64,000 nt of DNA, from the IMG/VR virus record IMGVR_UViG_3300048996_000065, positions 1,460-65,459 of that record. One strand, written 5' to 3'. Made by a program: the position numbers and the translations under genes. The stretch's first letter is position 1, and each line of letters starts with the position of its first letter. Source of the stretch: a virus (taxonomy: Duplodnaviria; Caudoviricetes). Shown here piece after piece: positions 36,595 through 45,842 of this stretch. A model generated the notes under the pieces. The model worked only from the letters and a program-made list of their open reading frames with translations, was not told where the DNA came from and did not search any database.

Positions 36595-37064
36595 AAGTTG
36601 CATTGTGCGGATCTACTCGGTACATGGACCAATTCAACGCTGCTAACGTAGCGCTCACGCTTGCGGGCCATGTGGTTTATTCGGTTGCTACGTCCACGAA
36701 AGGGGACTTCATACCGACGGATGACCAGAAGCTTCTACTCGACATGGTTCACTTGCGTAAAATTCACGAAAGTGACATGATCGTGGTCGTCGGTCGTCAA
36801 GAAGACGGTTCGTTCTATATCGGCGATTCCACACGACGCGAAATGATGTACGCGGCCGTGTTTGATAAGGAAATCGTTTTCTACGAACCGAATGGCCACG
36901 CTCATGGAGCCAATTGCGAATTCGAGAAAAGAATCAAACGAGCGAAACAAACGGATGCAGAGCGTGAGTTGTTGGAAAAGGAACGCGAAGTTCGGATGTC
37001 CCAGATGATGGGCACATTCGGTTTGGAGGTTTCCCCAGACGCTGAGAATCCAATCACGAACTAA
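36591..37064 (+). CDS. Nucleoside 2-deoxyribosyltransferase-like protein
   Basis: LCGSTR, LTLAGHVV, H.RKI..SD.I.VV, YIGDST..E..YA. Confidence 0.7.
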   Translation: MKVALCGSTRYMDQFNAANVALTLAGHVVYSVATSTKGDFIPTDDQKLLLDMVHLRKIHESDMIVVVGRQEDGSFYIGDSTRREMMYAAVFDKEIVFYEPNGHAHGANCEFEKRIKRAKQTDAERELLEKEREVRMSQMMGTFGLEVSPDAENPITN

Positions 37065-37140
37065 GATTGTCTGGCCCCCCTCCAACTCGCTAGCTAGCCT
37101 CAGGGTTTGCTCGGTTGGAGGACGGGGCTGGGCTTAGGAG
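37061..37140 (+). promoter_or_regulatory. Long imperfect hairpin overlapping the thyX RBS
   Basis: CTAAG/CTTAG, GTCTGGCCCC/GGGGCTGGGC and CTCCAAC/GTTGGAG nested stems. Confidence 0.5.
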
Positions 37141-37146
37141 CTGTGT

Positions 37147-37863
37147 ATGAAAGTTGACGTATTGGACCACGGCTACGTGGAGTTCATCGAAGCCTGGGGT
37201 ACTGGAAGAGACGGGCATGGTAGCGAAGTCGATATGGAACCCCGCGACTACGAAGTTGGAATCATCGAAGCCGCACGCCAATCGACGCAGGGGTCTTTCA
37301 GAGGGTGGGAGGAGGATTGGAAGCTTCTGACATTTCTTTATAACAATACCCCACCGCACGCGGGGCCATTCGAGTTCGCCGGCATGACCATCGAAGTACA
37401 GGCGCCAATCTTCGTCTTCCGCGAATGGCATCGACACCGAACGCAGAGCTACAACGAGATGAGCGCTCGATATACCCCGCTCCCCGACTTGTATTACTAT
37501 CCTACCGTCGAGCGGATTTTGCGGGATGGTGGAAAGAATAAGCAGGCTCAGGGAATTGTCCCGTTAGAACGGGGAGACGCCGAAGGAGCAATCCATGCGA
37601 TTGCCGAAGCTTACGCAGATGCCGAGAGAATCTATCAACACCTATTGAAGAAAGGTGTTCCAAAAGAAGTTGCTCGTGTCGTGATGCCCGTTGGGCATTA
37701 TTCCCGGATGCGTGCGACGGGCAACCTACGAAATTGGCTAGCGTTTCTGACTCTGCGCTGCGATCCCAACGCTCAATGGGAGATTCAACAATACGCCAAC
37801 ATCGTCGCATCAATCATCGCGAAGAATTTTCCTCGCACGTATTCTCAGTGGGTGAAAAAATGA
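37147..37863 (+). CDS. thyX: Flavin-dependent thymidylate synthase
   Basis: H.GPFEF, APIFVFREWHRHRTQSYNEMSARY, KEVAR, NLRNW, AQWEI. Confidence 0.95.
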   Translation: MKVDVLDHGYVEFIEAWGTGRDGHGSEVDMEPRDYEVGIIEAARQSTQGSFRGWEEDWKLLTFLYNNTPPHAGPFEFAGMTIEVQAPIFVFREWHRHRTQSYNEMSARYTPLPDLYYYPTVERILRDGGKNKQAQGIVPLERGDAEGAIHAIAEAYADAERIYQHLLKKGVPKEVARVVMPVGHYSRMRATGNLRNWLAFLTLRCDPNAQWEIQQYANIVASIIAKNFPRTYSQWVKK

Positions 37864-38690
37864 CTATATATCCATCTTTCGAAGCGGCAGTCAATGCTGC
37901 ACGTCAACGGCTAATCACCGTTGGCCAGTGGGTGAAGGGCGATCAGTGGCAAAGCATGGATGTGTCTGACAAGCCCGAAATGGTAACGAGAGAGGTTTTA
38001 AATTTCTCGTTCCAAGTCCCCGTTCAGGGTGAATCGCTTAAAGCACTGCGAGCTGACATTAAACCGAATCTGCCGTGGGCCGATGACCATTTCTCGGAAC
38101 GTGTTAGCGGCCAACCCGCAAACCCCGGTGAGCAGTGGGCGAAGTGGCCATGGGGAAATAGCGCCGATAAGTTCAGGGTTGAGCAAGGCGGGCAATTTTC
38201 GCATACGTATATGGAGCGCTTCTGGCCGAAGTTTGCGAATGTAGCTGGCGACGGTCCGAACGGCGAGCCGCTGGAGCACCAGATAAAGCGGGGCATTCGC
38301 TATCGGTACGGGGATCTTCGAGACGTCGTCAAGCATCTTCGTAATCACCCGCTGTCCCGTCAGGCTTATCTTCCGATCTGGTTCCCTGAGGATACCGGAA
38401 CCGTGCACAAGGAAAGAGTCCCATGCACCCTGGGTTATCACTTCATTCAGCGGAGCGGGTTTCTTCACACCAATTACTACATTCGATCCTGCGACGTTGT
38501 CCGGCATTTCCAGGACGATATCTATCTGGCCGTTCGATTGAAGCTTTGGCTGCTGGACGAGCTGCGCAAGATCGATCCAATGTGGAAAAAAGTTAGTCCA
38601 GGGTTCTTCACAATGCATATCACGTCGTTGCATTGCTTTAAGAATGATATCACCAAATACGTGAAGGACGGCAAATGGTGTGTTGAATAA
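37860..38690 (+). CDS. ThyA-fold pyrimidine C5-modifying enzyme (dCMP hydroxymethylase-like)
   Basis: SRQA..PIW, RVPCTLGYHF, IRSCDVVRHFQDD (Asp at the E. coli TS Asn177 position), HITSLH. Confidence 0.85.
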   Translation: MTIYPSFEAAVNAARQRLITVGQWVKGDQWQSMDVSDKPEMVTREVLNFSFQVPVQGESLKALRADIKPNLPWADDHFSERVSGQPANPGEQWAKWPWGNSADKFRVEQGGQFSHTYMERFWPKFANVAGDGPNGEPLEHQIKRGIRYRYGDLRDVVKHLRNHPLSRQAYLPIWFPEDTGTVHKERVPCTLGYHFIQRSGFLHTNYYIRSCDVVRHFQDDIYLAVRLKLWLLDELRKIDPMWKKVSPGFFTMHITSLHCFKNDITKYVKDGKWCVE

Positions 38691-39360
38691 ATTCAATCAA
38701 GACGTGCATCTCTGGGAACACGAAAGTATCGCCGATTTTTGGAGAACCCATGTCCCTACCTACAAATCCAAAAGCATTAGACCCTTCTTTGCTCGATTCC
38801 CTTTCGAAGGATTGGAAGGATATGCCAAAGCGATTCGAGCCGTCTCTGCGAAGAGATCAGATAACCGCATCCGAAACTATGTTGACTCATCGGAGATGTT
38901 ACGGGTGCGGCAACGTCTTCATGGTGGATCCTCGCAGTTCTCAAAAGGAGTGCGGTCCGGGATGTCAGTACGAGACGGTGAGATTAAATCAAAAAAGAGA
39001 AATGGAGCTAAAGACGTTTCAATCCGTTTCGGAGTCAGTAAGACAGGACATGGTTATTCGGGTGAACGAGGCGATTTCTGCCTCGTTTCGGCAGTTTACA
39101 GCGGAAACACCCTCGCCTTCTTTTACCGTTCCATCGAGCTTATCGGCGGATTCGCTTTTGACACGGTTCTCGTCGACCACGTCTGCAAGGAACTCGGGAT
39201 CAAACCGAAATTCATCGAGATCTGGGCCACCAAAGCTTTTGTGTTCGCCCTCAAAGGCAACAGCAACGAAAAACTTTACCCCAAACTCAAAAGGATCTTT
39301 CGAACAAAGGAAGGACCAAAAGCAAAACCCCTAACTTTTGATGGCAACTACGATGGCTAA
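38680..39360 (+). CDS. Divergent thymidylate-synthase-fold protein 2
   Basis: GDFCLV Cys followed by FYRSIELIGGFAFD; RNY segment shared with paralogue 1. Confidence 0.55.
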   Translation: MLNKFNQDVHLWEHESIADFWRTHVPTYKSKSIRPFFARFPFEGLEGYAKAIRAVSAKRSDNRIRNYVDSSEMLRVRQRLHGGSSQFSKGVRSGMSVRDGEIKSKKRNGAKDVSIRFGVSKTGHGYSGERGDFCLVSAVYSGNTLAFFYRSIELIGGFAFDTVLVDHVCKELGIKPKFIEIWATKAFVFALKGNSNEKLYPKLKRIFRTKEGPKAKPLTFDGNYDG

Positions 39361-39823
39361 GGTTGTAAGTTCGCTGAAATTTAACCTGATCTTCGAAGCC
39401 GCCAACTACGACGGTTCGATAGTCAGGGAATGGCAGTGCGTGAAGTACCCGTCACTGTATTGCCGAACTTTGGCAAAATCCAAATTGCCTTTGATCCGAG
39501 CCTATTACGTGAAGAAGCCCGATAATCACATAAAAGACTTCGGAACGCTGGAAGGCGCTTTACCGATGGCTAGAAAAACTACTGGAGAATTGCATGAAAC
39601 GGTTAATGTTCGACATCGAAACTCTGTCAACGTTCCCAAACGCGGCTCTGCTGGCCGTAGCGATCGTAGTGATGGACGACAAAAAACCAAAACAGCAGGA
39701 CTGGATGGCGCGCGGGTGGTTCATCGATCCCAACCTGACGATCGGCCACGTAAATCCCGAGACGATGGATTTTTGGAACGATCAACCAAACCAAGTAAAA
39801 AGCCTGGTCTTCGCCGGAAATGA
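39353..39823 (+). CDS. Hypothetical protein (3' part overlaps exonuclease gene)
   Basis: MAKVVSSL start fills the gap between neighbours. Confidence 0.4.
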   Translation: MAKVVSSLKFNLIFEAANYDGSIVREWQCVKYPSLYCRTLAKSKLPLIRAYYVKKPDNHIKDFGTLEGALPMARKTTGELHETVNVRHRNSVNVPKRGSAGRSDRSDGRQKTKTAGLDGARVVHRSQPDDRPRKSRDDGFLERSTKPSKKPGLRRK

Positions 39824-40160
39824 TACGCCGCGTGAAGTGCTGCAATCGATCAACGGATTTCTAGGGTCCGCTATCGACGATGTGGAGAACGGCGATTATC
39901 TCTGCTACGCTGATCCTGCCGCCTTCGACTTCCCCATCCTAATCTATCAGTATCAGCAGTGCGGAATGATTCCAGGCTGGCATTGGCGTAAGCAACGCTG
40001 CATGGGCGCAATGCGTAAAGCGCTGGAAGAAGAGGCGGAGTGGGAGATCGATCGAGTTGAAGCTGAGCTCAAGCATCACCCGGTTCACGACGCGCTGGCC
40101 CAGATGCACGAGCTGAAGAACGTGCTGAAGGCTTACCATTCAATCAAGGTGCTGAAATGA
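39594..40160 (+). CDS. DnaQ-like 3'-5' exonuclease
   Basis: MFDIETL, FDFPIL, HHPVHDA (DEDDh). Confidence 0.85.
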   Translation: MKRLMFDIETLSTFPNAALLAVAIVVMDDKKPKQQDWMARGWFIDPNLTIGHVNPETMDFWNDQPNQVKSLVFAGNDTPREVLQSINGFLGSAIDDVENGDYLCYADPAAFDFPILIYQYQQCGMIPGWHWRKQRCMGAMRKALEEEAEWEIDRVEAELKHHPVHDALAQMHELKNVLKAYHSIKVLK

Positions 40161-40600
40161 AAACCAAACGCATTAGCCGTGAGCAAGCGCTAATGGAGAT
40201 GGCGATTTCCGCTTCAAGACGCTCAACCTGTCAACGACGCGATGTAGGGGCGTTGATTGCAATCGACGGGCGTCCCGTGGTGACCGGGTATTCGGGAGCA
40301 CCCTCTAAGATGATCGATTGTTTAAAAGGCGGATGCATCCTCGGACCCGACGGTGGTTGTATCAGAACCGTGCATGCCGAAGCAAACGCTATCGTGTTCG
40401 CAGCTCGCAAGGGAATTGCGTGCGAGGGAGGAACGCTATACACCACCCTTAGTCCTTGCCCCGATTGCGCTAACATGATCATCAATGCGGGCATCACTCG
40501 AGTGTGGTATCTGGAACCCTACCGTATAGTAGATGGTATAACCATCCTCCGTGAGATGGGGATTGGTTGCGATCACCTGTTGTTCGATTTCGATCTATGA
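40157..40600 (+). CDS. dcd: dCMP deaminase
   Basis: RSTC.RR.VGA, TGY.G, HAEANAI, PCPDC. Confidence 0.9.
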   Translation: MKTKRISREQALMEMAISASRRSTCQRRDVGALIAIDGRPVVTGYSGAPSKMIDCLKGGCILGPDGGCIRTVHAEANAIVFAARKGIACEGGTLYTTLSPCPDCANMIINAGITRVWYLEPYRIVDGITILREMGIGCDHLLFDFDL

Positions 40601-43137
40601 ATCGCAATCCTAAGTGCACGGATTGCAAATTTCACGAAACGGCTAAAACCGTGTGTCTTCCGGGGGAAGGACCGAAGAACGCACGAGTGATGATTATCGG
40701 AGAGTCCCCCGGCTTCGATGATGACCATACTGGAAGACCCTTTCAGGGTAAAGGCGGACGCTTGCTCAAGGAGGAGCTGGTCCGAGCTGGAATTGCACCG
40801 GAAGAGTGCTATATAACGCACACCGTTAAATGCGCTCCGCCCGGTGACTCGGAACCGAAGGCGCCAGAACTCAAAGCATGCCGCAAATACCTGGAATCCG
40901 AGCTGGCCGAGGTGAAACCCGAATACGTGATAGCGCTCGGCCGCATTGCATCGAAAGCGGTTCTAAAGGAAACGAAGATAACCGAGGTACACGGACAGAT
41001 CAAGGAATTTAAAGATCTCCTGGGATCTTTCAAGGGCATGGCAGCATTCAGCCCCAACTTTTGTTTACGTGATCCGTCGAAGCTCCCGATTCTCCGTAAA
41101 GATCTGGGGCGAGTCATCGGAGAAGTGCTCGGTAAGAAAAAAGAAGTACGTGCGCCGTTTAAATGGCGTGAGGTCAACGACGAAAATATCCATGAATTCT
41201 ATCGAGCGTTGATCAATTGCGAGTGGTTCTCATTCGACTTAGAAACGTCTGGGCTCGACTGGTTCAATCCCAAGGGTTGGATTACATGCTTGAACATGTC
41301 GTTCGATCGGGACGGTGGAACCTGGGTTCTGCCGATGACTATGCCATTCTCGCCATATGCATTTTTCGATAGACAGAAATTCATCATTCGCAAAATTGCG
41401 AGACTGCTTAAGGACGGTAAGAAGAAAGGATGCGCACATAACGGCAAGTTCGATAATCACTGGCTCTGGCGTATCTTCGGGGTCCTATTTCCGCTTCACT
41501 TCGATACCATGCTGGCGTCGCATTGCATCGATGAGAATCGAGCTCACGCCCTGGACTCGCTTGCTACGTCCTACCTCGATGCCCCGTACTACGATATCCC
41601 GCTGCATTGGAAGCAGGGGCAATGGAAACCCGGCGAAGGAACGCGCGCAAACGTGCGTACGGTTTACCGTTACGGCGCTAAAGACGCCTATTACACGCTT
41701 ACGATGCGTCCGATCATGGAGAAGGAGCTTCGTACCGATCCGCAGGTGTTCAGACTTTTCCGACGTTTGGTGATGCGCGCCGCCCGTGCTTTCCATCGTA
41801 TCGAAGACAACGGATTGTATGTGATCCGCAAACGCTTCGTGGATACCCGGAAGCAGGTGGTGATCGATCGAGATGCGGCATTGGTTGATTTAAATTGCAT
41901 GGCCGGCAAGGTTGATGTCCGATCCGGGGTGAAGCGCAAGATCAATTGGAATTCACCGCAACAGGTAGCAAAGCTTTTATTTGAGAAGCTAAAGCTGCCC
42001 GTGATCGAACGTACGGAAACCGGAGCACCCTCCACCGGCGAGAACACGCTGATTGCATTGAAGAATAAGCACCCGGTTGCGAATGCGTTGGTAAAATATC
42101 GGGAGTTAGATAAATTTCTGGGAACCTACCTGGATGGTTGGAAATCGCTGATGCATAAGGATCGAGTGTACTTCAGTTATAAGTTGCACGGAACCGTAAC
42201 AGGGAGATATTCGTCTAGGTTGCATCAGACACCACGAGATAAGCGCATCCGTACAACGGTGTCCGCTCCGGACGGGTGGACATTCGTTCAGGGTGACTTC
42301 TCGCAAGCTGAGTTGCGCATCGCTGCAATTCTATCCGGCGACCTAGAAATGTTACGATGCTTCGCCGAAGGTATCGACATCCATTGGAAAACCCTGATGT
42401 ATGTCATTCAATCCGGGGGCGTAGGGGAGTATGTCAAGCATGTCAAAAAGACCGCTCGTGTACTTGCGGGCAAGAAAGTCGGGTTTAACGATGCTATTGA
42501 GCTTGTGCTCCAAGCCGGACATAAGCGTTGCATTGAGATCTGGGACGGATGGAAGGAAGCTCGTAAAAAAGCGAAAGGCATCAACTTCGGCTTCGTGTAC
42601 GGCATGCGAGAAAATAAGTTCATCGAGTACGCAAAGGCTAATTACGACTTCGAGCCCACTCAGGAAGAAGCTCGATTGATTCGACGTGCCTACTTCCAGC
42701 TGTATCGCGGATTGGAGCCGTGGCATGAGAAAATGCGCAAGCTTGTACGGCTCGACGGCTCGGTTAGGAGCTTAAGCGGGCGACTGCGACGATTGCCCGG
42801 GGTTAGCTCCTCGGACCGTTCGCTACGCTCCGAATGCGAACGGCAAGCGATAAATAGCCCCGTACAGGGGTATATCGGCGACCATAAAGCGATGGCGCTA
42901 GTAGAGTTGGCCGATAAGCTGGATTGGAATCGTTCGCGTCTGGTCGGTGAGGTACACGATTCCCTGCTGTTCTGGGTACGTACCGAGCTGCTAGCCGAGG
43001 AGCTGCCGAAGATCGCCGCAATCATGCGAGACCCCGAATTGCTCAAAGAATTCAAAATCGATCTCCCCGTGAAAATCGAGCCGGAACTGGAAGTAGGTGA
43101 CTGGGGTGCGGGTAAGGAGTGGAAAATGGCAGCGTGA
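40597..43137 (+). CDS. polA: Family A DNA polymerase with N-terminal family-4 UDG-like domain
   Basis: UDG: CTDC, GESPG, GRPF.G.GG, VKC.PP, KAC; exonuclease: FDLETSG, HNGKFD, YGAKDA; polymerase: DFSQAELR, KAKGINFG..YG, VHDS. Confidence 0.95.
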   Translation: MNRNPKCTDCKFHETAKTVCLPGEGPKNARVMIIGESPGFDDDHTGRPFQGKGGRLLKEELVRAGIAPEECYITHTVKCAPPGDSEPKAPELKACRKYLESELAEVKPEYVIALGRIASKAVLKETKITEVHGQIKEFKDLLGSFKGMAAFSPNFCLRDPSKLPILRKDLGRVIGEVLGKKKEVRAPFKWREVNDENIHEFYRALINCEWFSFDLETSGLDWFNPKGWITCLNMSFDRDGGTWVLPMTMPFSPYAFFDRQKFIIRKIARLLKDGKKKGCAHNGKFDNHWLWRIFGVLFPLHFDTMLASHCIDENRAHALDSLATSYLDAPYYDIPLHWKQGQWKPGEGTRANVRTVYRYGAKDAYYTLTMRPIMEKELRTDPQVFRLFRRLVMRAARAFHRIEDNGLYVIRKRFVDTRKQVVIDRDAALVDLNCMAGKVDVRSGVKRKINWNSPQQVAKLLFEKLKLPVIERTETGAPSTGENTLIALKNKHPVANALVKYRELDKFLGTYLDGWKSLMHKDRVYFSYKLHGTVTGRYSSRLHQTPRDKRIRTTVSAPDGWTFVQGDFSQAELRIAAILSGDLEMLRCFAEGIDIHWKTLMYVIQSGGVGEYVKHVKKTARVLAGKKVGFNDAIELVLQAGHKRCIEIWDGWKEARKKAKGINFGFVYGMRENKFIEYAKANYDFEPTQEEARLIRRAYFQLYRGLEPWHEKMRKLVRLDGSVRSLSGRLRRLPGVSSSDRSLRSECERQAINSPVQGYIGDHKAMALVELADKLDWNRSRLVGEVHDSLLFWVRTELLAEELPKIAAIMRDPELLKEFKIDLPVKIEPELEVGDWGAGKEWKMAA

Positions 43138-43146
43138 AAATAGATG

Positions 43147-43174
43147 TTGCTAGTTGAATCGATTGCTTTAGAAT
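43147..43174 (+). promoter_or_regulatory. Sigma70-type promoter
   Basis: TTGCTA-16 nt-TAGAAT, upstream of AGGAG RBS. Confidence 0.45.
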
Positions 43175-43198
43175 AATCAGCCCAATTAGGAGTTTGCC

Positions 43199-44173
43199 AT
43201 GCCTTCGGTAAGCTTTAGCAGAATCAAGACCTGGCGGCGCTGTCACTATCAGCACCATCTGAAATACAACGAACGTCTCGCACGTAAACGGCGAGCCATC
43301 CCCTTGCTACGGGGACAAATTCTTGGTGAGATGCTCGATGCGCGAGCCATGCCCATTCTGAAACAGGACCCTTACAAGATTCTCAAAAAATATGAAAAGG
43401 AGTATTCGCGTCTGTTCGAGGAGGAGCGCGAGAAGTGGGGGGACGTTCCCGGAGATACGCGTAAGCTTTTCGAAGGCTATATGCGCAAGTATGCGAACGA
43501 GGGATTACAATACCTGACCCACGAGGAATTCATCGCTCTGGACTTAGTGAAGGACATCCGCTTTATCGGGTATATCGACAAGCGCGTTACGAACGAGCGC
43601 AACCTGATGTTCTTGATGGATCACAAATCCAACCGTATGATCCCGAACGAGGATCAACGATTCTCGGATCTGCAAAAGGTTTTCTACGTCTGGGCTTTCA
43701 ACAGTCAGAACGCTACGAAGCAGGTAGCGGGGTTTATCTGGGACTACATTCGAACAAAAGCGCCGACGATCCCTCAGCTACTAAAAAGCGGCGAGCTGTC
43801 CCAGGCGAAGAACATCGATACGGACTATTGGACGTATTTGCTTGAAATCAAAAAGCATCGTCTGAACGTCAAGGACTACACGGAAACGTTGGCGCGCTTG
43901 AAAAAGCAGGAAGACCGCACGTATATCAGGATCACGAATGCGGCCCCGTCGAAAGCGATGATCAACAATCTCGTGCAGGATTTGAAGGATACGGCGAAGG
44001 AAATCCACACGTCGAAGGCCCGCGATCGTAACATGACACGCATGTGCCCTAGCGATTGCGATTTCTACAACCTATGCCGTGCGGAAGTTTGCGGACTCGA
44101 TTCCGCATTCGTACGTAAGGCCGAATATGAGGAGCGCGAACCAAGTGAGCGTGAAGAAGCTGAAGAAGATTAA
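43199..44173 (+). CDS. PD-(D/E)XK Cas4/RecB-like exonuclease
   Basis: SFSRI..W.RC, GYID...DHKS, C..DCDFY.LC. Confidence 0.85.
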   Translation: MPSVSFSRIKTWRRCHYQHHLKYNERLARKRRAIPLLRGQILGEMLDARAMPILKQDPYKILKKYEKEYSRLFEEEREKWGDVPGDTRKLFEGYMRKYANEGLQYLTHEEFIALDLVKDIRFIGYIDKRVTNERNLMFLMDHKSNRMIPNEDQRFSDLQKVFYVWAFNSQNATKQVAGFIWDYIRTKAPTIPQLLKSGELSQAKNIDTDYWTYLLEIKKHRLNVKDYTETLARLKKQEDRTYIRITNAAPSKAMINNLVQDLKDTAKEIHTSKARDRNMTRMCPSDCDFYNLCRAEVCGLDSAFVRKAEYEEREPSEREEAEED

Positions 44174-44987
44174 ATCGGTGGGGAAGAAGCATGCAGATAT
44201 TAGCGATGAGATCATGCCTCTTTCTGAGATGCCAGACTATTCGTCCATACTGCTCTACGGAGAAGCGGGAACGGGTAAGACGGCACTCTCCGGTACATTC
44301 CCGAAGTCAATGCTTGTGCTGGACATCAAGGAGAAAGGCACCAAAACGATTCGCAAGACTCCTGGCATTCAGGGAATCTTGATCAAGGAATGGGAGAAGC
44401 TTGAGGACGTGTATTGGTACCTTAAGGAAGGCAAGGGCAACGGTCGATTCAAAACGGTCAGCTTGGACCAAATCACGGCTCTTCAGGATTTGGCGATCGA
44501 CAAGGTACGTCGCGACCGGAATATGAAGGAGCATGAACCGATGTCGCAACGACTCTGGGGTCAGGCATCAGGGTTGCTAAAGACCTGGCTGGGTAATTTC
44601 CGGGATCTGCAAGACGATAACATGTATATGTTGTTCATTGCTCACCAGCGCACCTTTGGCGGAGGGGACGAAGAAGACGACAATCGGATCGACCCCACGA
44701 TTGGCGCACGGCTGATGCCTTCCGTTACGTCCTACCTGAACGGTGCGGTTTCCACGATCGGGCACACGTTCATCCGGGAACGTTTCGTCGGTAAGGGGAA
44801 AGATAGAATCAGGAAAGTCGAATATTGCTTGAGAGTCGGGCCTCATGCGATGTATCATTCGAAAATTCGGAGACCGGTGGAAGCCGGGTTATTGCCGGAT
44901 GTCATTGTGAACCCGACCTTCGAGAAAATCGAAAGGGTTTCTCGGGGAGAGGAATTGTCAACTAAACCCAAGATGAGGAAGAAGTAA
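44145..44987 (+). CDS. AAA-family ATPase (Sak4-like recombination protein)
   Basis: LLYGEAGTGKT, LDIKEKG, SLDQIT, IAHQ; GTG start after GAGGAG. Confidence 0.8.
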   Translation: MSVKKLKKIKSVGKKHADISDEIMPLSEMPDYSSILLYGEAGTGKTALSGTFPKSMLVLDIKEKGTKTIRKTPGIQGILIKEWEKLEDVYWYLKEGKGNGRFKTVSLDQITALQDLAIDKVRRDRNMKEHEPMSQRLWGQASGLLKTWLGNFRDLQDDNMYMLFIAHQRTFGGGDEEDDNRIDPTIGARLMPSVTSYLNGAVSTIGHTFIRERFVGKGKDRIRKVEYCLRVGPHAMYHSKIRRPVEAGLLPDVIVNPTFEKIERVSRGEELSTKPKMRKK

Positions 44988-45829
44988 TGGCACGTTCAAC
45001 CCGTAGCAAGAAAAAGAAGACGGTATCGGTGGATTTAACTGGCGTGGAAGCCGGCGGTAGAAGTTGCCCGGATGGTACGTATCGGTTCTCGGTTACGGAG
45101 GCTGAGAAGACCGAATCCAACGAAGGCAACGATATGTTCAAAGTCAAGCTGAAGGGCTTGACCGGCAAAGCGAAGGGTGTCACCATTTACGACAACCTGT
45201 CGTTGCTGCCCCAGGCGCTCTGGAAGCTGAAGGGATTCCTGCTCTCGCTTGGAGCTGATGCTGAGGGCGAGGTCGACATCGATTGCTCGGACTGGATCGA
45301 TGAGGAACTTACCGCCGTCATCGTGAACGAAACGTATGAAGGCAAGCCTCGGCCGAAGGTGGTCGAGTATTCCCTGTCGGATGCGAGTGACGATAGCGGT
45401 GAGGAAGAGGAAGAAGAAGAAGAAGAAGAAGAAGAGGAAGAGACTCCAAAGAAACGCGGTAAGCGTTCCGCGAAGAAGGACGAGGAGGAAGAAGAGGAAG
45501 AAGAAGACGAGGACGAAGAGGAAGAGGAAGAAGAGGAAGAAGAAGAGGAAGAGGAAGAGGAAGAAGACGAGGAATCCGACGACGACTCCGAAGAAGAGGA
45601 GGAAGAAGAGGAGGAAGAAGAGGAAGAGGAAGAAGAAGAGGCCCCAAAGAAACGCGGTAAGCGTGGCAAGAAGCCGAAGTTCGATATCGGTGCGAAAGTG
45701 AAGTTCAAGGACGAGAAGGGAAAGAACGTTGCCGGAGTCGTCATGGCCGTCGACGGTGATTCACTGACCATCGAAGACAAGAAAGGTCAGGAATGGGAAG
45801 TCGAAGCGGACGAGGTTGCGGCAGCGTAA
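44987..45829 (+). CDS. DUF669-type ssDNA-binding protein with poly-Glu linker and C-terminal SH3-like domain
   Basis: PDGTY...E.TES..GN.M, ALWKLKGFL, ETYEGK; acidic tracts; FDIGAKVKF...W.V. Confidence 0.75.
   Translation: MARSTRSKKKKTVSVDLTGVEAGGRSCPDGTYRFSVTEAEKTESNEGNDMFKVKLKGLTGKAKGVTIYDNLSLLPQALWKLKGFLLSLGADAEGEVDIDCSDWIDEELTAVIVNETYEGKPRPKVVEYSLSDASDDSGEEEEEEEEEEEEEETPKKRGKRSAKKDEEEEEEEEDEDEEEEEEEEEEEEEEEEEDEESDDDSEEEEEEEEEEEEEEEEEAPKKRGKRGKKPKFDIGAKVKFKDEKGKNVAGVVMAVDGDSLTIEDKKGQEWEVEADEVAAA
45401..45664 (+). repeat. GAA/GAG low-complexity tracts plus duplicated CCAAAGAAACGCGGTAAGCGT
   Basis: Poly-Glu coding runs; PKKRGKR encoded twice (about 45446 and 45644). Confidence 0.85.
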
Positions 45830-45842
45830 CTAAGCGATTCTT

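Noticed and set aside
43199-44173. Cas4-like nuclease as a sign of CRISPR-Cas
   Set aside because: No repeat-spacer array or other cas genes; it sits in a standard phage recombination module
45187-45780. Poly-Ser, poly-Leu/Pro and poly-Lys/Arg ORFs in alternative frames
   Set aside because: Shadows of the GAA/GAG poly-Glu tract
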